NCBI GenBank assembly: GCA_965655095.1
Contig: OZ296658.1
Span: 18,662,001-18,726,000 of the forward strand
DNA from: Haplodiscus bocki
Lineage: Eukaryota
Direction of reading: 5' to 3'
Length of the DNA stretch: 64,000 nt
In this document: positions 26,720 to 41,549 of the stretch, piece by piece
Layout of the letters: every line of letters starts with the position of its first letter
How positions within the stretch are numbered: position 1 is the stretch's first letter
Notes under the pieces: model-generated
Database searches by the model: none
Told to the model about the DNA's origin: nothing
What the model saw: the letters and a program-made list of their open reading frames with translations, nothing else
Translations under genes and position numbers: made by a program

Positions 26720-28900
26720 ACTGACAGAACAGTTTTATTTTTGTAGAAGATTCCGACGCAAGAAAGCTAGAGTTCGATTAATTCTGGAGTAGTCTGAAAG
26801 TCGAAAACAAAATGAACACAAATCAAGGTCGATGAAAGCATTGAATTTATGGCTTCTTGCAATGCAACACAGAGCGAATGTCGCACCATAGTTATCGGAA
26901 GGAACATATGGTATGAGGCAACTCGACATTTTGACAAGGAGAAAAACGAAAGGATAAAGGGATTGAAGACAGGGAATGGGAGAAACAATTTTTAAAAAAA
27001 ATAAAGAAACCTATCACACGAAAACCTTGCCTTGTACCTTTAGCCAGCGATCCGGTTGAAACAGTAACTCAGAAGCCAGCAGAACCGGGGTTACACTTTG
27101 GCAAAACTTTAAAACGTCACGACCCGTAGGCTTTGCACATACTTCAAGGCAGCACAAAACAATGACATGATTGGAGAAATAGATTTCCTCGCGGTAGTAT
27201 GAAATTGGGAAGATTTTGTTTTTTCAATACTGATAGCTTGTATCCTTAAGCTGACTACTAAGCATTACGAAAACTGACAGAACTGGGTGAGCAGAGAGTT
27301 TAGCACTAGGTTAGAAAGATGGCTTGATAGCCTATGACACTTCGGTATATCAAAAATGGCAACCCAAGCAAAAGTTTCAACTATGCCCAATACTTAAATT
27401 TACACCCAATAGGGAAAACACCAACCCAGGAAACATATGAACAAAGACTTCTAAAAGTTATTACTCGGAGATCTATAAAATCAATGGGCCTCGCGGCAAA
27501 CGTTGGACACGGAAAGAAAAAAATGATCAAACGGAAGCATTACTTTAATCAATCGACCAGTCACAAGTAAGCAACAACACAAATCCAAAAAGCGCAATTT
27601 ACAGGTTATATACGGACAGATAATATCACAAACTAACCGTAACACTCACAATTAGTAATCAAAATTTGTGATCAAAAACTCTTATGGTGGTTAAATTACA
27701 CTCCAACGCATCAAAACTGAAAACAATATCCAAAATATCTTTGAGAACAGAAAACAAGTTGAACTTCGAATGGCTCCACTTGAGTCCGAACTACAGTTAG
27801 GGGAACGTCATGAAAGCCGAAAGCATATTTGCTGGAATTATTTGAGTAGTTGGGAAAGGAACCAATAACAAAACCAAGAAACATTCGGTTCAGAACAGAG
27901 ATATGTACGAGACGGAAAGTGTGTGTACCAAGAAGGCCTGGCGAAAAAGGGAGATACTATGTTGCGGAATTTAACGTAGAACTGATTTTTGGAGACAGCA
28001 ACTCCAACAACTGGGAAAGTGGACTTTTTGAAAGAAACACGGACATAAAGAAAACAACCAAATAATGGAAAAATCTTGGAAAAATTTCGGATTATGAAGA
28101 GAGTAAGGTGGTTGAAACCAACAATATTACGAATGTTGCTTTAAAAAAGACGACATTGTGGCAAATTCCATCTGCAATCTCGAATTGTTCGAGAAATAGA
28201 CATCCCAAAAACGAGAAACACAAAACTCGAAAAGAAGCATTGATGAACTGACTTCAAGTTCATAACGGAATTTAAGACTTCTACACTGAAATTTTGTTTG
28301 ATACGAAGTTGTCACAAGCTAGAGCGCTCTGAAAACGATAACGAAGACTGAATTCTAGGGAAAATTATATGGTGATCAAAAAGTTGTAAGTAATACGGGG
28401 CCTGTTTTTTGTCTTCGACAAAATGGTAACCCTACAATATTTTCTAAAACAAAAACTCGACGATCTTCAATCTAGTCACACGGTTTTGACGAAAACTACT
28501 TCAGAGGAAGAGAAGTTTGATGGAATAACATCGTGGAAATAAAAACAAACAAGTGCACAGCCTCATTGAAAAGTCTGTGACCGACCACCTATTGAAACGA
28601 GCTCACGAAAATAACCAAGTTTTTTCAAGGATTTCAAAAAGATGTTTGCGGGACATCAAACAACATAATTTTTACAGGAAAAGCGTATATTTTTTTCGGA
28701 ATGTATAGATTAGGATGGAGGTGGCACCACTTTTGTATCTATCGAGCCAAGAAAAGTAAAGAAGATTCCCGTATAGTTTTGTAATTAAAACGGTTAACCC
28801 GAAGAATGAAAACAACCGCAACAGCTCTACCATTTGTGCCAAAAAAGGGAGATTTTGGAAAAAGAAAACCTGAAATGGTGCTCAGTTTCGCAAGAATTAC
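26720..28900 (+). mobile_element. Degenerate Gypsy pol remnant, copy 1 (RT end, RNase H, integrase Zn finger)
   Basis: KPCLVPLASDPVETVT/EASRTG (cf. PCLAHFxxDRxxIVTTDASxTG, ~27020), TRLERWLDSL (~27310), DLQSSHTVLTK (cf. LHxGHPGxTKM, ~28465). Confidence 0.6.
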
Positions 28901-31700
28901 ATTCTACAAAACTTGCAGAGATCCGCAGAATTGAAACACTTAAAATGTTGATAAAACTAGACGTATGCAACTAAATCAAATTCACTGAAAGTGTGAACAT
29001 AGTATTAAAAGTAAAGAGATTCACGGTACATGCCAGTCTTTGCAAATTTTCCTGAGTGCGATCCTCCATAAACTAAAGTTTCTGCTAAATAAATCAGACT
29101 AAACTATTGGACTCAGGCTATTCTTGAGAGACAGCAAACACAGAAAAGATAAAGAACATGGGAACGAATTGACTTTTTTTGAAATGAATATTTGATGCTC
29201 ACACAACTCAATGCGAAACTCAATGCGTCACCCAATTTGACCAAGACCGAGATTTTTTGTTGACTACAGACCCAAGGGAAACCAGGCTGGTAAAAATAAA
29301 ATGGAAGGAACAAGATAATCAATCGTTCGATCATAAACTTTTGCCAGTAAAAAAATGCTTCAAATAAAGAATACACCATTCGCCCGGTAAACACCAATAA
29401 CTTGAGCTGTTTTATGAACGGAAATATTTCGTTTTGACTCAAATCTAATGATAGTATCTTTAGCTTCTGACCACTTAGCGCTCGAACAATATATTAAACG
29501 TTTCCCAATTTTAAACAAAATAGTGATAATTTAAGAAGATGGCTTGATAGAAAATCTTATTTTGACATATCAGTCAATCAGACCGCCGGCATTCTCAAAT
29601 GCAGACCCTAGTCCAACTGACACACGGTAGAGGAAGCCAACACCAAAGAAGCATACGAAGAAGTTTTATTCAACAGCAACTCGGACTTTTGAAAAAAATC
29701 ATACGGGGTAATATTTGGACGGGTACGAGATTTAATATGCGAACAACCGACTAATCAGAATCAAGCCCCAACAGGAAACCAAAATTGACATATCAGTTTT
29801 TACCGTCATGCAAACAAGCACCGAAAACAAAAGTTTGCACACAAAAAGAAATTAAAAGAATCAAGTCAAAATTTATTCGCGTTTCGAATTCACATAAAAA
29901 ATCCAGTGGAGCAAACAAACGTTAAACATTACTTGTTGGAAGTTAAACAAAGTTTTTGCTTGAATATTTCCATAAAGGGTGCAAACTGGAAAGTTAAGGA
30001 ATTTTCCGATCCGAAAACAGAAGTCCCGAAACTCTAACGTTGTTGGAAAACATCGATAGGATAATATGTGGGACGAAAGATTGAGTGCCCAGAAAAGCAG
30101 ACAAATTCAGGTGAAGCAAAACGTTCAACAAACAGACAACAAATTACTATCACGAAGTAGTGAAACAAACAGATGGAGGGGACAAAAAACAAAAGAAAAC
30201 AGAAACATACAAAAGTGAACAAAGAAAGGAATCTGAAAAAAAAGATACGTGGAAAAACTAGATGGCTACAGTGTACAACTTTGCAATTGTACAGCTTTGC
30301 GATCACGATAAAACTTAAAAATTGATCCAACACATGCAGATCAATCAAATAAGAGGTAGCCCAGAGAAAAAAACGCCGAAACAGAAGAAAAACTAACGAA
30401 AGCCGACTTCAACAATTTGATGGACCTAAACACTTTAATGTAAAAACTCCGGTTTCGCTAAAGCCACAAAATTTTCCCAAAATCAGAAAACCGTGTTCTG
30501 CGAAGTGTATCTGACAAAATTGTAATCAGACCGAACGTCAAGAGCATGTTACTGACCATCACTTCAGCCACACTGGATTGACTAAAATGTTAGCCGAGAG
30601 AAAAAAATTTTGGCGGTTCACCAAGAAGAACTTCAGAGACACCTACGACAAATGGGCAGCCAGCATACCTAAGTTACACATTTAAAAACAAAACAACGGC
30701 CTCGAGAGGAGCGGGCTCAAAAATTAGCCGAAATGAGTCAAAACTTCAAACTGTTTTTTCCGCAAAAAAATCAAATAGTGAACAAAAATGGGGTAGAATC
30801 TTGTTTTAAAACAAACTGACAGACTCCTCAAATGACCAACTGTGAAAATTTGCGAGTCACAATTGGTCACATAAGCAGTTATCAATCATTTGGACAGTTT
30901 CATAAATCCACACGGAGTAGCAGTGTAAAAAAAGATACCGAGGTAGCACTTTTATATTGAGCGATCATAGCATTTCCCGGCAAGATTACATACCTGTGCA
31001 AACGTTTTTTTAAAAGTGCAAAACAAACAATCAAAAACTTGATTAAAGCTAAATTCAGATTAACCCAAAGTGTGAATGAAGCTTCAAAAATTTTAAGTTC
31101 AGGGTACATACCGGACTAAGAAATCTTCCTTTCCTTTCAACTATATCACGGGTGGAAACTGAGAACCAAACTTCCGAAAAGTAAAAGGTGTGGAAGTTTT
31201 TTTATCGAGCTGGGACAATTTGGCAAGGTCAGTCAGTCATGAAACCGATACCGATATACCAATCTACGACGGTACAAATAGAAGGGGAGATGTCACTGAA
31301 CAATTGGCCACTGCTAAGGAAAGAAAAGACATATTTTGTTCGAAGACAATATAGCCAAAATGCATCTGTTTATGTCAATTAGTAACGAATGTCCGTATCA
31401 AACTTACAAAAAAACCCACAAAAAGTCATTGAAATCAATATTTCATGAATTTTTGCTAGCTGCAATTTCAAGTAAGAAACACACGGTTATCATATTTTAA
31501 GAAAAATTGTACTGAAAAGTTGTTCCAAACCCTGCAACGTTTCAGAAGTTGAGACCCAAGTTTCGGCTATTTCACCTAACAAGCACAAAGGCTGAGGAGC
31601 AGATTGGATTACGGAAGTGCTAACGCTAGAGAATTGAAACCGTGGAAAATCAGTGAAAAAAATTGGCCAAAAAAGAGCAACTTTGATCGTTATATTCAAT
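28900..31700 (+). mobile_element. Degenerate Gypsy pol remnant, copy 2 (RNase H, integrase)
   Basis: CVTQFDQDRDFLLTTD (~29225), SDHLALEQYIKR (~29466), LRRWLDRKSYFDISVNQTAG (~29531), HFSHTGLTKMLAERKKFW (~30560). Confidence 0.7.
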
Positions 31701-34700
31701 CTGATTGAAAACCAATTAACGTAGATCTTTAGAAAGACATCTAAGCGAACAAGTTAATCTTAAACATATTGTTACTGTCCGGAAAATCAAAAGAGTCCGA
31801 AATCAGCAATAGCTGTGAGCCGAGAACAATACTTGAACTTTTTGAATTGCGGAGGTCGCCCCGGTATAAGCGTAAATTATCAGAAAGATGGGATAGCATA
31901 CCATTTTCCCATGAAAGGCAATAAAAAAACCTAATCAAAATTCTCGTGTAGCCCGTGCTAATCACATTGTCAAGAGATGGTGCTACGGACAGAAGCGCCC
32001 AAGTCACGTTTACTTTACTTCAAATTTTCCATAGTATGTGATTCAAAATGTCGCATTGTGCGCATTTTAGAGAATTCCATCTTACAAAATAGTTGACCTA
32101 GCAAAAATAGACAACAAACTTAGGTGGTAAAACATTTCTGCCGATTGTTTTTGTGGAATTCATTAAAAAAACGCAAAAAGTCAAAAAAATTCTCACTTTA
32201 GTACAATATATGGGCACTTAAACGTTTATAAAGATAGTCAAAAAAGGAACGCCTTCAAATAAAATGGAGTTTTTGCCACAGCTCAAACTGAAAATGAATT
32301 TCCGTTTTCTGGAACTCAACCTCTGCCTAAATTGAAATTGAGGATGAAAAGTCAAGTTTCATGACCTGGAAGCTTCCACGTACCACGTTTACGCTCCGTT
32401 CACGTCGTGTAACTGACCTCAAACTCAGAACATTCGAGGGAAAACCAAAACTGTTTTACCACCGCCCGTCCTGTGGCAGCTGGAATTTTTTAAAGATCTT
32501 AAACGAATGGTCAACTTCCAAGTCATTTGTTCAAAATGTGAGTGTCCCGGAAACGAGAGTGGCTAGTTGTTAGAATTTGAGATTTTTCATCAACACAGGT
32601 CTCCCCTTGACCGTTTATAAAGAATTCATAAAATAATTTAATAAAAGTATTTTGAGAACAAAGAAAACAATAAACGAATTGATCATGCTGATTTCAAATT
32701 CTAACTGACATTTGCTTTTGCAGCACTTTTTTGCGAAACCGTTTGAAAAAAGCTCTTAGAATCAATTCAATTTTTGACTAAACAATCGAAAAAACAAATA
32801 AATTTGTCAACTTTCCAGGAAGCATTTGAGCTAATTCTCATTGTGTTCTGAGATTCAGGGCAATGGTATTGAACAGAAATCTTCAATACTCTCACAAGGA
32901 TTTAAGTTGATCCGCAAATTAATAACATGGGATAAAAAAGCTCTGAGTATAGGGATTGACGGACCAGAATAGGCCAAAAAGTCTCCGCCCTCTGTAAATT
33001 TATGTTGGTGCTTATGCAAAAAAGCAATACACTGTTAAGATGCGCTACATCTTGTGAAAATGCCAAATTTTGCAGAGCCTTGTTCCGTTCTTTGCTAATC
33101 ACAGCTTTTCATGTCCGCTTTTCATTTAGCATATTTTATCGGAAAATGTTAAGCCACACGTTTGTAGATTGAGAGCAAAAATAGAGATTTAAGGGTTGTA
33201 ATATTTGAAATTTCAAAGTTCTTTTTCAATTTAATAATTATTATTATTTATTAATTTATTAATTCTCAATTATTATTATTTTTTTACTAATTAGTAATAA
33301 TTTTTTGACCTCAAAGTTTTGATTTATGCTCAAACTTATCAAAAATTGAAGAATGATGTAAATGGAACCCGTACTGAAACTGCAGTGCAGTTCACTGGTG
33401 GTCATAGCATTCTCAGGGGCCCATCGATTACCTGCGATGATTTAGCGATGGTCCAGGGCTGGCCAGGGGCCAAACCATCGATGGGATTGTCATGACCAGC
33501 GATGGTCTCAGATGATGTCTCAGGGCAGGAAGCCTATTCATTTGAATTGTTTTTTTACTCCAATTTTGGACTGGAAAGATTTTGCCCAATTCGTTCAAAC
33601 ACTTCTATTTCAATTCAATTTAGTAGAAGTTCCTTAACCCATAATCAATTAAATTATACAAATCTTTTTATAATAAATCCGAGACATTTTTGCAATTTTC
33701 ACAAAAATGAATTGATTTCGGATAATTATAATTACATTTTCTTGTAATGATGAAAAACAACATTGTTTATAAAATAAAAAAAATTATTGATTCCGGTCAA
33801 AAAACAATCTTAAATTGTGTGCACAATTACGTAACAAAGCTTTGAGGGAAAACACGGAAATTTCTATTTCGAAATAAGCTCATTTTAAGTTGTACGAAAG
33901 GTCTTGTGTGATGTGAATATCCTGATAAATGACCCCTTTTACTGAATTTTCCTGCCAATTTGACCTCTTGCAAAAATCTTGTTTGCTCTAAAAAGCTTCC
34001 TGGATAAAATCCGTCCCTCAGTTGTTTGCTCTGCCACGTGACTCGATCACGAAAATTGATCAAGTGACTTGTTGCCTTAATCGAGTTTTGATTGAAACAT
34101 AATACCAATTTGGGAGTAGCATTTAATAGAATTTACCTTTTCATCGATGAGCTTTTCCCCGCGTCTGTTTGGGAATAATCCATTAAGTTAAGGATGGGAA
34201 CAATTAAGCCCATTAAAGATCTCCCTACTAAAATGGGAAATATTTCTGTAGATGGAAAGAGCTTTTCCTGAAGGAGTTAATCTGCATTAACCGATGAAAT
34301 TGAGACCCATCCACGCGTAATTGAAGTTGGGGGGGGGGGGCTGAACTCCTGCCCTTCAAATCTTTTTGACGATTCTTCTCAACCAAAAGCGTTTTGTTAA
34401 AGCCACTACAAAACGTTTCTTGACATATCTGTAATTTTAATACAGCCTAGATTTATACTATTCCATTCTGTAAAAACAAACTAATTCCTAAAAACATGAA
34501 AACATTTTTTGGCAATGTGAGACAAAAAAATTAAGAGAAAATTGTGATGCCTGTATGAATTTTAGATTTATGGAAGATTTGAAAAACAGCATATTGTGCG
34601 ACTTGAAGCTTGGAAATAGAGCGTAATGAAATTATGTCCTTTAATCATCGCAAGCATACACAGCAGTGAGTCGGAGAGAGCTGAGAATGGCAACGTTTGT

Positions 34701-37032
34701 TAACTAACCCCGATATTTGAAATAAAAATCATAACAATTACTCAAACCAAAGTGAAGTTCAATTTTGTCGACAAAACCAGCCAAAACCAACTCTGCACAA
34801 GGTCTCCAAATCCTCGGTAAAAGACTGAAGAAAAAATTGATAAGTTTCTCTGTTGGGCGAAGTTAATCTAGGTCGGTCGCTAAGTTTAACATTCCTCCGT
34901 CTTTTCAATTTTTTAAGCGCGAGCAACTGTCACCGAATTGAAATTGACTCAACAATTGGTGTTTTGAACCTATATATTAGAAGAAGGAGTCAAGGTCATG
35001 CTGTGGATCGTTAAATTCTGTACCGTTTTAGGGACTGTGCTACAAAGCTTCGGCGGAACTAGAGACGACTAACTTCTCGAGGTGACCCTAGTTGAAGAAA
35101 ACGCAGCTTTCACAGAATTGATATTTTAAGACCATAGGATATTAATTAAGAGTCGAAAATTAGAACTTGTTGGCCAGAAGAAAAAATTTACTTTTGACAT
35201 TGTACGCGTTCGAGCGAATAGACAGATAGTTAGTTGAAATGTCCATTATGCTGGGGTGTATAAAAAAGTGGCAAGGAATACTTTTTAGAACAAGTAACCA
35301 ATTGCTTAACGTTAACAAATGAAAGAACAAATAGAAACTCCGAGGTACTTCAACGACACCTCAGAAGACGGAAAGAGCTACAAACCAACTGAGTCAAGCT
35401 GAGATATGATACTTTTTAGAAATAGACTTCCAACTGCGAAAAGAGGTGGCCGTGAGGAGCAACGTTACCATGTCGCTAGTGCTAGGGACAGTAATCGTGA
35501 GACGCTGAGTTTGGCAAATAGAGTCATCGTGATTTGGCAGCTCAGAAGGTGAAAATATACTGTTTCAGACGTTTCGTCCTACGCCGTTTAAAGAGCTGCT
35601 ACTTCAGCCGTTCACATTTTAAACCACTTCACTTCTTGACCACATGCCATTCAACCGTCGCAAATTCAACCGCTTCAAATGAAGTGTAAATAAAATGTCT
35701 AGAGTAACTAAGTGTAATTACAGCTAATCCTCCTTGAACGTAATATTCAAATATATTTTTGACCAAAAAAAACGTCCTAAATTCTCGAAACAGCATTTAG
35801 CCCATATGAAATTAACGCAGCTCGCGCCTACTCCTTTTAATCGACTATTTGAAATTAAAGAGTTGAACAGAGATGGAAAATTTGCACAGCGGCCACTTAT
35901 CTAACCAGGAATAAACAAATAAAAACTGCATCCATAAGCGCTGCACAAAATAATACAAGTTAAAATGTCCTCCAAGCATTAAAACTAAAAATGTAAGTCC
36001 TTGACATTACTTTTATTCACGGTGCAAGTCCGGCGAATGTAGAGAAGTGGTGAACCCAATTAAAATAAAAACACAACCTTAAACACTAACTGTTGCTGTT
36101 GCCACTGAGAAATGTGAAAGCTCCGAGGACTACCAGCTGAGCCTGGAATGCCCAAAAAAGGCGACCTGTTGACAGCAGTTTCTCCTAAACGACAAATAGA
36201 GACATATTTGCAAGCGCTTATCTCAATTGATTATCAGTTTAGATTCCTCGACGAATTCACCAGAACAACCGTACTAGGAAAAGGAAAAAAACAGCTGAAA
36301 AACATCCGAAAAAGTTTCGAATTTGGAAACGCTGTGCAATAGCTTGCAGCAATAGCAAATATTAGACAAAATACAATATACGCATTTATTGTTTTTTTCT
36401 TCATTTTATTCGTCTTATGAACGAAACTCGCTTTTGGTCGATTTTTCGCGGAGAACAATTCTAGGGCTCTTTCAATTTTCATCATGACGCTTCCTTACTG
36501 CCTACTAGAGTGCGTCCTAGAGCAATAACCTGACTGGCTGAATAATTTAATCCACGAGACACTGTTTTTCTGAGATCGGAAGTACAGTTAGACTGCGGGC
36601 TGCCTAACCCTTCAGAAAAATGTTCAAAGGCGGTGACAAGAAACTGAACTCCCTTGAAATTTTTGGACCTAGTGAGATGCAAATTGCATCTCATTTCTAT
36701 GTGGCAATTTTTGAAAAAAAATAATTCCAAGCGTGGTACCTTAAGTATTTTTCCAATATGACTTTGATCGTTACCAAAGAGTGTCCACCTAATGGCGTTC
36801 CATTGATTCTTTAATATCTTGAACTGTTTTTAAACGTCTTGGAAGAATGGAATAACCTTGAAGCTGACTAAATATGTTGAATATGCAGCTGGTGAAATTT
36901 CAGCGGTTGCAATGACATACGACGAAGTGACATGTAAATGAAATCAACAATTCGCACAAGTCTGTGTTTTTTTACTGAATAGTTAAATGGGCTGAAACGC
37001 TCTCATGATCGGTTACTTGAGAAGAATTCTGC

Positions 37033-37232
37033 NNNNNNNNNNNNNNNNNNNNNNNNNNNNNNNNNNNNNNNNNNNNNNNNNNNNNNNNNNNNNNNNNNNN
37101 NNNNNNNNNNNNNNNNNNNNNNNNNNNNNNNNNNNNNNNNNNNNNNNNNNNNNNNNNNNNNNNNNNNNNNNNNNNNNNNNNNNNNNNNNNNNNNNNNNNN
37201 NNNNNNNNNNNNNNNNNNNNNNNNNNNNNNNN
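37033..37232. other. Assembly gap (200 N)
   Basis: Run of exactly 200 N, typical of a fixed-size scaffolding gap; true length unknown. Confidence 0.99.
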
Positions 37233-38354
37233 TGAAATGTTCGTGAGTCAAGGGGCGATTTGAGGAAAATTTAGCAAGACTAGGCACAATAGCTAGTGAC
37301 TTCCTGCGAGCTGAAGAACTTGGCTGTTAGGTTTAGTTTTTTAAGTTTTTCCTCCACCAAATCTGAACTTTCTACAATACTATCTGTATGGTTTACCTCC
37401 CGATAAACAGGAACCGCTTACTTCAATCTCCGCTCGGTTTGTTGACTGAGACTTCCGTTTTTTGGTTGTTCGTCATTTAGTCAAATGGGTCAACAAATTT
37501 GAATTTCAATGCTATAATTGGCGGGGCGCATTTTTCGTGTTGAAGTTCTTCTGAAATTACGATGTTCTCGAAAAAACATCACGCAGATGCTTTAGGCATG
37601 TCCGCCAGTTTCTTTAGCCTTGATTAGAACCCGTGCTTTGTTTTTTTTAGGGGTTGGTTTGCCTCGAAATGTTTTTCAACTAGGAAACTGGAGTACGGAA
37701 AGAAATCTTGACAACTTCCTTGTAAATGGTTGCATCATTTTCAGATTATCCATGTAGATGGCCAAAATTTAACGCAGTAATTGCACAATAATTGGGTAAA
37801 TTACTCCCAAATCGAGTAATGGCGAACTATTTTCTTATTTGAGCGAACTACATGAAAGTCACTTACTGGGTTCTGTTTCTTGATAAGCCCGGAAATTGGT
37901 GTTAGAGCAAATATTTTGAGTTGCTAATTAGCTCAAAAAATTTATTTTGTTTTCAATTCAGTACAGTTCAAATTCTTGGTATGAGGAAAAAGAGACCGAT
38001 TTCCAAATACCCAAAATCATGTTAACAAAGGAAACTTCATCAAAAATAGAGAAAGGTCGTTGATGAACTAACATGGTTGTAATCAGAAATATTTAATCAA
38101 AAATATGTATGAAAGAAATACAATAATTCTCTTACGCAGATTTATATTTCTATGTTTTCGATGACGGCGAAAGTTGTTCACCTTGGATAAATTTTATGTT
38201 CGATAAAAGTTCTTTCAGTGACATGATTTTGATTTTTTTTGGTTTTACGCTGATGAACACTGGTCAGTCTTAATGGATGTTCAATCATATTTCCATTTGT
38301 ATGTTATGCACAAATATGTAAACAGAAGAATCCTGTTAATTCTGCTTATTCCCA

Positions 38355-38546
38355 GAGATTAAACCCACTGATTCCAGTCCCCTTCACACCATAATGGATA
38401 TGCGAAGTATTAGGCGGCTTAATGGTTTAATTATCGCGCCAGTGAATCTTGAACAATCACAGAAGAGTTTGCTCCCGCCTGAGGCCGATAGGGTTTTTGA
38501 AATTCTCGTTACAACTGCTGGGAGGGAGAGTTCACAGACAAAGTCC
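38355..38546. mobile_element. MITE, copy 3 of 3 (diverged)
   Basis: CCACTGATT..GATATGCGAA..GCGGCTTAATGGTTTAATT..AATTCTCGTTAC..TGGGAGGG aligns with 18105-18275. Confidence 0.6.
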
Positions 38547-38619
38547 GAAAAAATGTCTCCAAAATTTTTATTAGCGGGGGTGGATTTTAAATTTGGCGCC
38601 TCAAAAACACCAAATATTT

Positions 38620-38993
38620 ATTATAAGTCGTAACGTAATTTAACAAATAGTTTCGATTTGTATTACTATTTTCCATTGAGCTACGATCTATCTAGTTGGA
38701 ATTAGTGCTTTACTTGATATTGAAAAAATCATTTTAAGAAATCTAGACATCGGTTAAAAAAATTAGTCCGTTGATTAATATAGAGTTCTTGTAACCATGC
38801 TTCGTTAGATTAGAACTTCATTCGGTGTTCCTCAGTTACGCCATTGGCTGCTTGGTAGACGAAAGTAATTCGTAACCATGTTCCGTGTACGGTAGTGAAC
38901 AACTAATCGTATTCTCGGTTAGTGTCATTTTCGGTGGTCAGTAAGGGCCAATCAATCTCAGTTATTGTCATTTTCGGTGATGACATCACCACA
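38620..38993 (-). repeat. 3' LTR
   Basis: Aligns to 43325-43704 (e.g. TGGAATTAGTGCTTT, CATGTTCCRTGTACGGTAGTGAAC, GTGATGACRTCACCACA); strongly diverged. Confidence 0.85.
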
Positions 38994-41549
38994 TGCCCCA
39001 TAAAGAATAACCAGCCGGGTATCTTTGAGTTCGCAGTAATTTTCGCTTCAGTCTTTCCTAGGTTTTCGGCTACGCAAAGTTCACTTCGATGGCCAGCTGA
39101 TCAAAATTGTCGGAATCAATCAGTATTGGATGCAATTGGACTCCGGTGTCACAATTGGCAATGATCGGTAAACACTTGGTCTTGAAGTCTGCAATATTGG
39201 TATCAGTACAATGGTTCCATCACCTGTAAGACCTGTTCAGTTAGTGTCATGCAGACACTTTGTGCTCCGTCCGCTCCGGATAATATACGACAACTCCCGT
39301 GGTTCATGGTTGAAAGTCCGTTTCACTGGTCTTTTAACTCACATCATGGCATTTTCCTGGCGTACTTCATCTAGCAAATGAAAAGTTTCGGTAACTAAAC
39401 AAAAACTTGTCAATGTAGGTTCCCACAAAATATTCAATGTTCTGATTGAAAAATTTCAATCATTGTTATAAAGTTTGATTGGCCCATTCGGCTGAAACCT
39501 TAATTCTCGATGAATAACACGGTGTATTAGACTTTTTACTACTATGAACTGTCAACCAAGTTTTTAAGTTTTAAGCGACGAGTTTTTTCCTGGTCGGATA
39601 CAAGCACATACGGTATTCCAAAGCGGGAAAAAATTGTAGTCAGCTAACTAAACTTCTTTTTCATCGGTTCCGTCTCGGGAAAGATTCAAGGCTACCAGAT
39701 CCTGCATTGTCAATGAAACGAACAATTCCACAAACGTGCTAGAAGAGGCAGTCCGTATGAACTTTTTCTCACGGTCCGCATCCTTGCTATTTATCGGTGG
39801 AAACTTTCAGTTTCACTTGCTGTTCATTACAACCGGTGCAGTGCTAGAAGATCGGCTCCATGTCAAAACCCATCAACGGGCAACAACCTACATTTTTTAT
39901 GTTACACTTCAAGGCATTAAAGCGTTGATGAGTGTCATTGAAATTTTCGAAAAATTTGTTTTCTGCATGCAAGTGGACTGTACATACGCGAACCATTATA
40001 GGTCAAGTCAAATTGAATTGTAAAGGCGTTCGTCTTTCTCGGAATATTTTTTTATTTTTTGTACAGTTATTCAATATTCTGGTTTGGATGTTTTCTAATA
40101 ATTGTTTGTTGAAGTGATCAGTTGCCATCTCTTTCTGCAAAAACATGATTCTGATGATAGACTTAACGAAAGTAAATGAAACAGTTGCTACGATATCATT
40201 TCGATCTTCATTGAAAAAAAGACGTAACATCGCATCGGCATATCATATCTCCGCTCCGGAACGTATTGTTTATCTTACCTATGCAAAAGTAGAGCGATTG
40301 CTCATCTTGCCAACCGGGCCTACTTTACATTGGGTAGCTGATTGTTCAGACAGAAGATGACCTCCAAACGGTTTATGATCGGTTTCCAGTGTGAACTTTC
40401 TCCCGAGCAAAAATTGTTAGAAAAGGCTCAACGCAAACATAATTGCCAACCCGTGACGCTCAAAAATGTTATGTTTCTGTTTTGGTTCCGATGAGCGCGA
40501 AAGGTGAACTACAGGATGCCCATTCTGTGTCAAACTTCCACAAAAGCTCCTTGAAGGCACCCGTAGTGAGAATTATTATTTGAGCTAATGAAAAAGGCTG
40601 TAACAGCAGCTTGCTAGCAGCTTCATTGATCACTAATTGGAATTCTTGCTGGCACTCATCCGTCTACCCAAGTACTTTGTCTCTCTGTCGGAGTTCAATA
40701 ATGTTCCGTGTTTTCGCTACATAGATGGGTATCTTTCGAATGAAATAGTTAATCAATCCAATAAAAGCCTCAATCTCGTCCACTTTTTTTGTTGATTGGA
40801 ACTGAAAAACTGTGTCGGTGTGTTTCGGGTCGCATTTGCACAATCATCTGAGAAACTGTGTCCCAAGAATGTAAATAGTTGTTGTGAATGAGACACATTT
40901 TTTTACATTTTCGGTGAAATGCTTCCATTGCAGCCGTTGCTTCACGGCAAATCATTTTTTTTGGAGTTCGGCATCATCTAAATCGTAAAGAAAGGTTTCG
41001 TATTGGTGAGCAACGCAACCGGACAAACTTTTCATCTTTTCATCGTTTACTTGTTTATCATTGCTATTACGTTTCTCACTCCCTGCTATGGCCGGGTAAC
41101 TCGGAAAAGACGCGAAGCTGAAATCGCAGTGTGAACTTCTGAAGATTTTTTTGCTCAAAGCAACTTGCCAGTGGACGTTTAACCACCAGTAATTTTTGAG
41201 AAGTTTGTTCCTATGCACAGTAGAAAATTAGTTTCGCTTTTAAATTGGTCATTCACAGGTATTTTCTAGTTGGTACACGTTCGAAGTTTCTGACTGTGTA
41301 AACCCATACAACCGGGTAATTTTCTTCAATACGATCGGTTTCTATAGAAACAAGTACTCCCAAAGATTTTGATCTATCATCGGTTTGATTCAAATTCCGT
41401 TCCAGCGATAGCAGAAATTCTCTAGCTGAGCAAAACTTCGATTAAGCATCGGGTTTCATCCTAATGGCAGTACGAGGAGTTCCAACAACCTGTAATTTAT
41501 CAAGTTATTTGCTTCTGAGCTACCCAAGCATTGATCAACACACATTTTG

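Noticed and set aside
37003-37287. ORFs spanning X runs
   Set aside because: Artefacts of the N gap.
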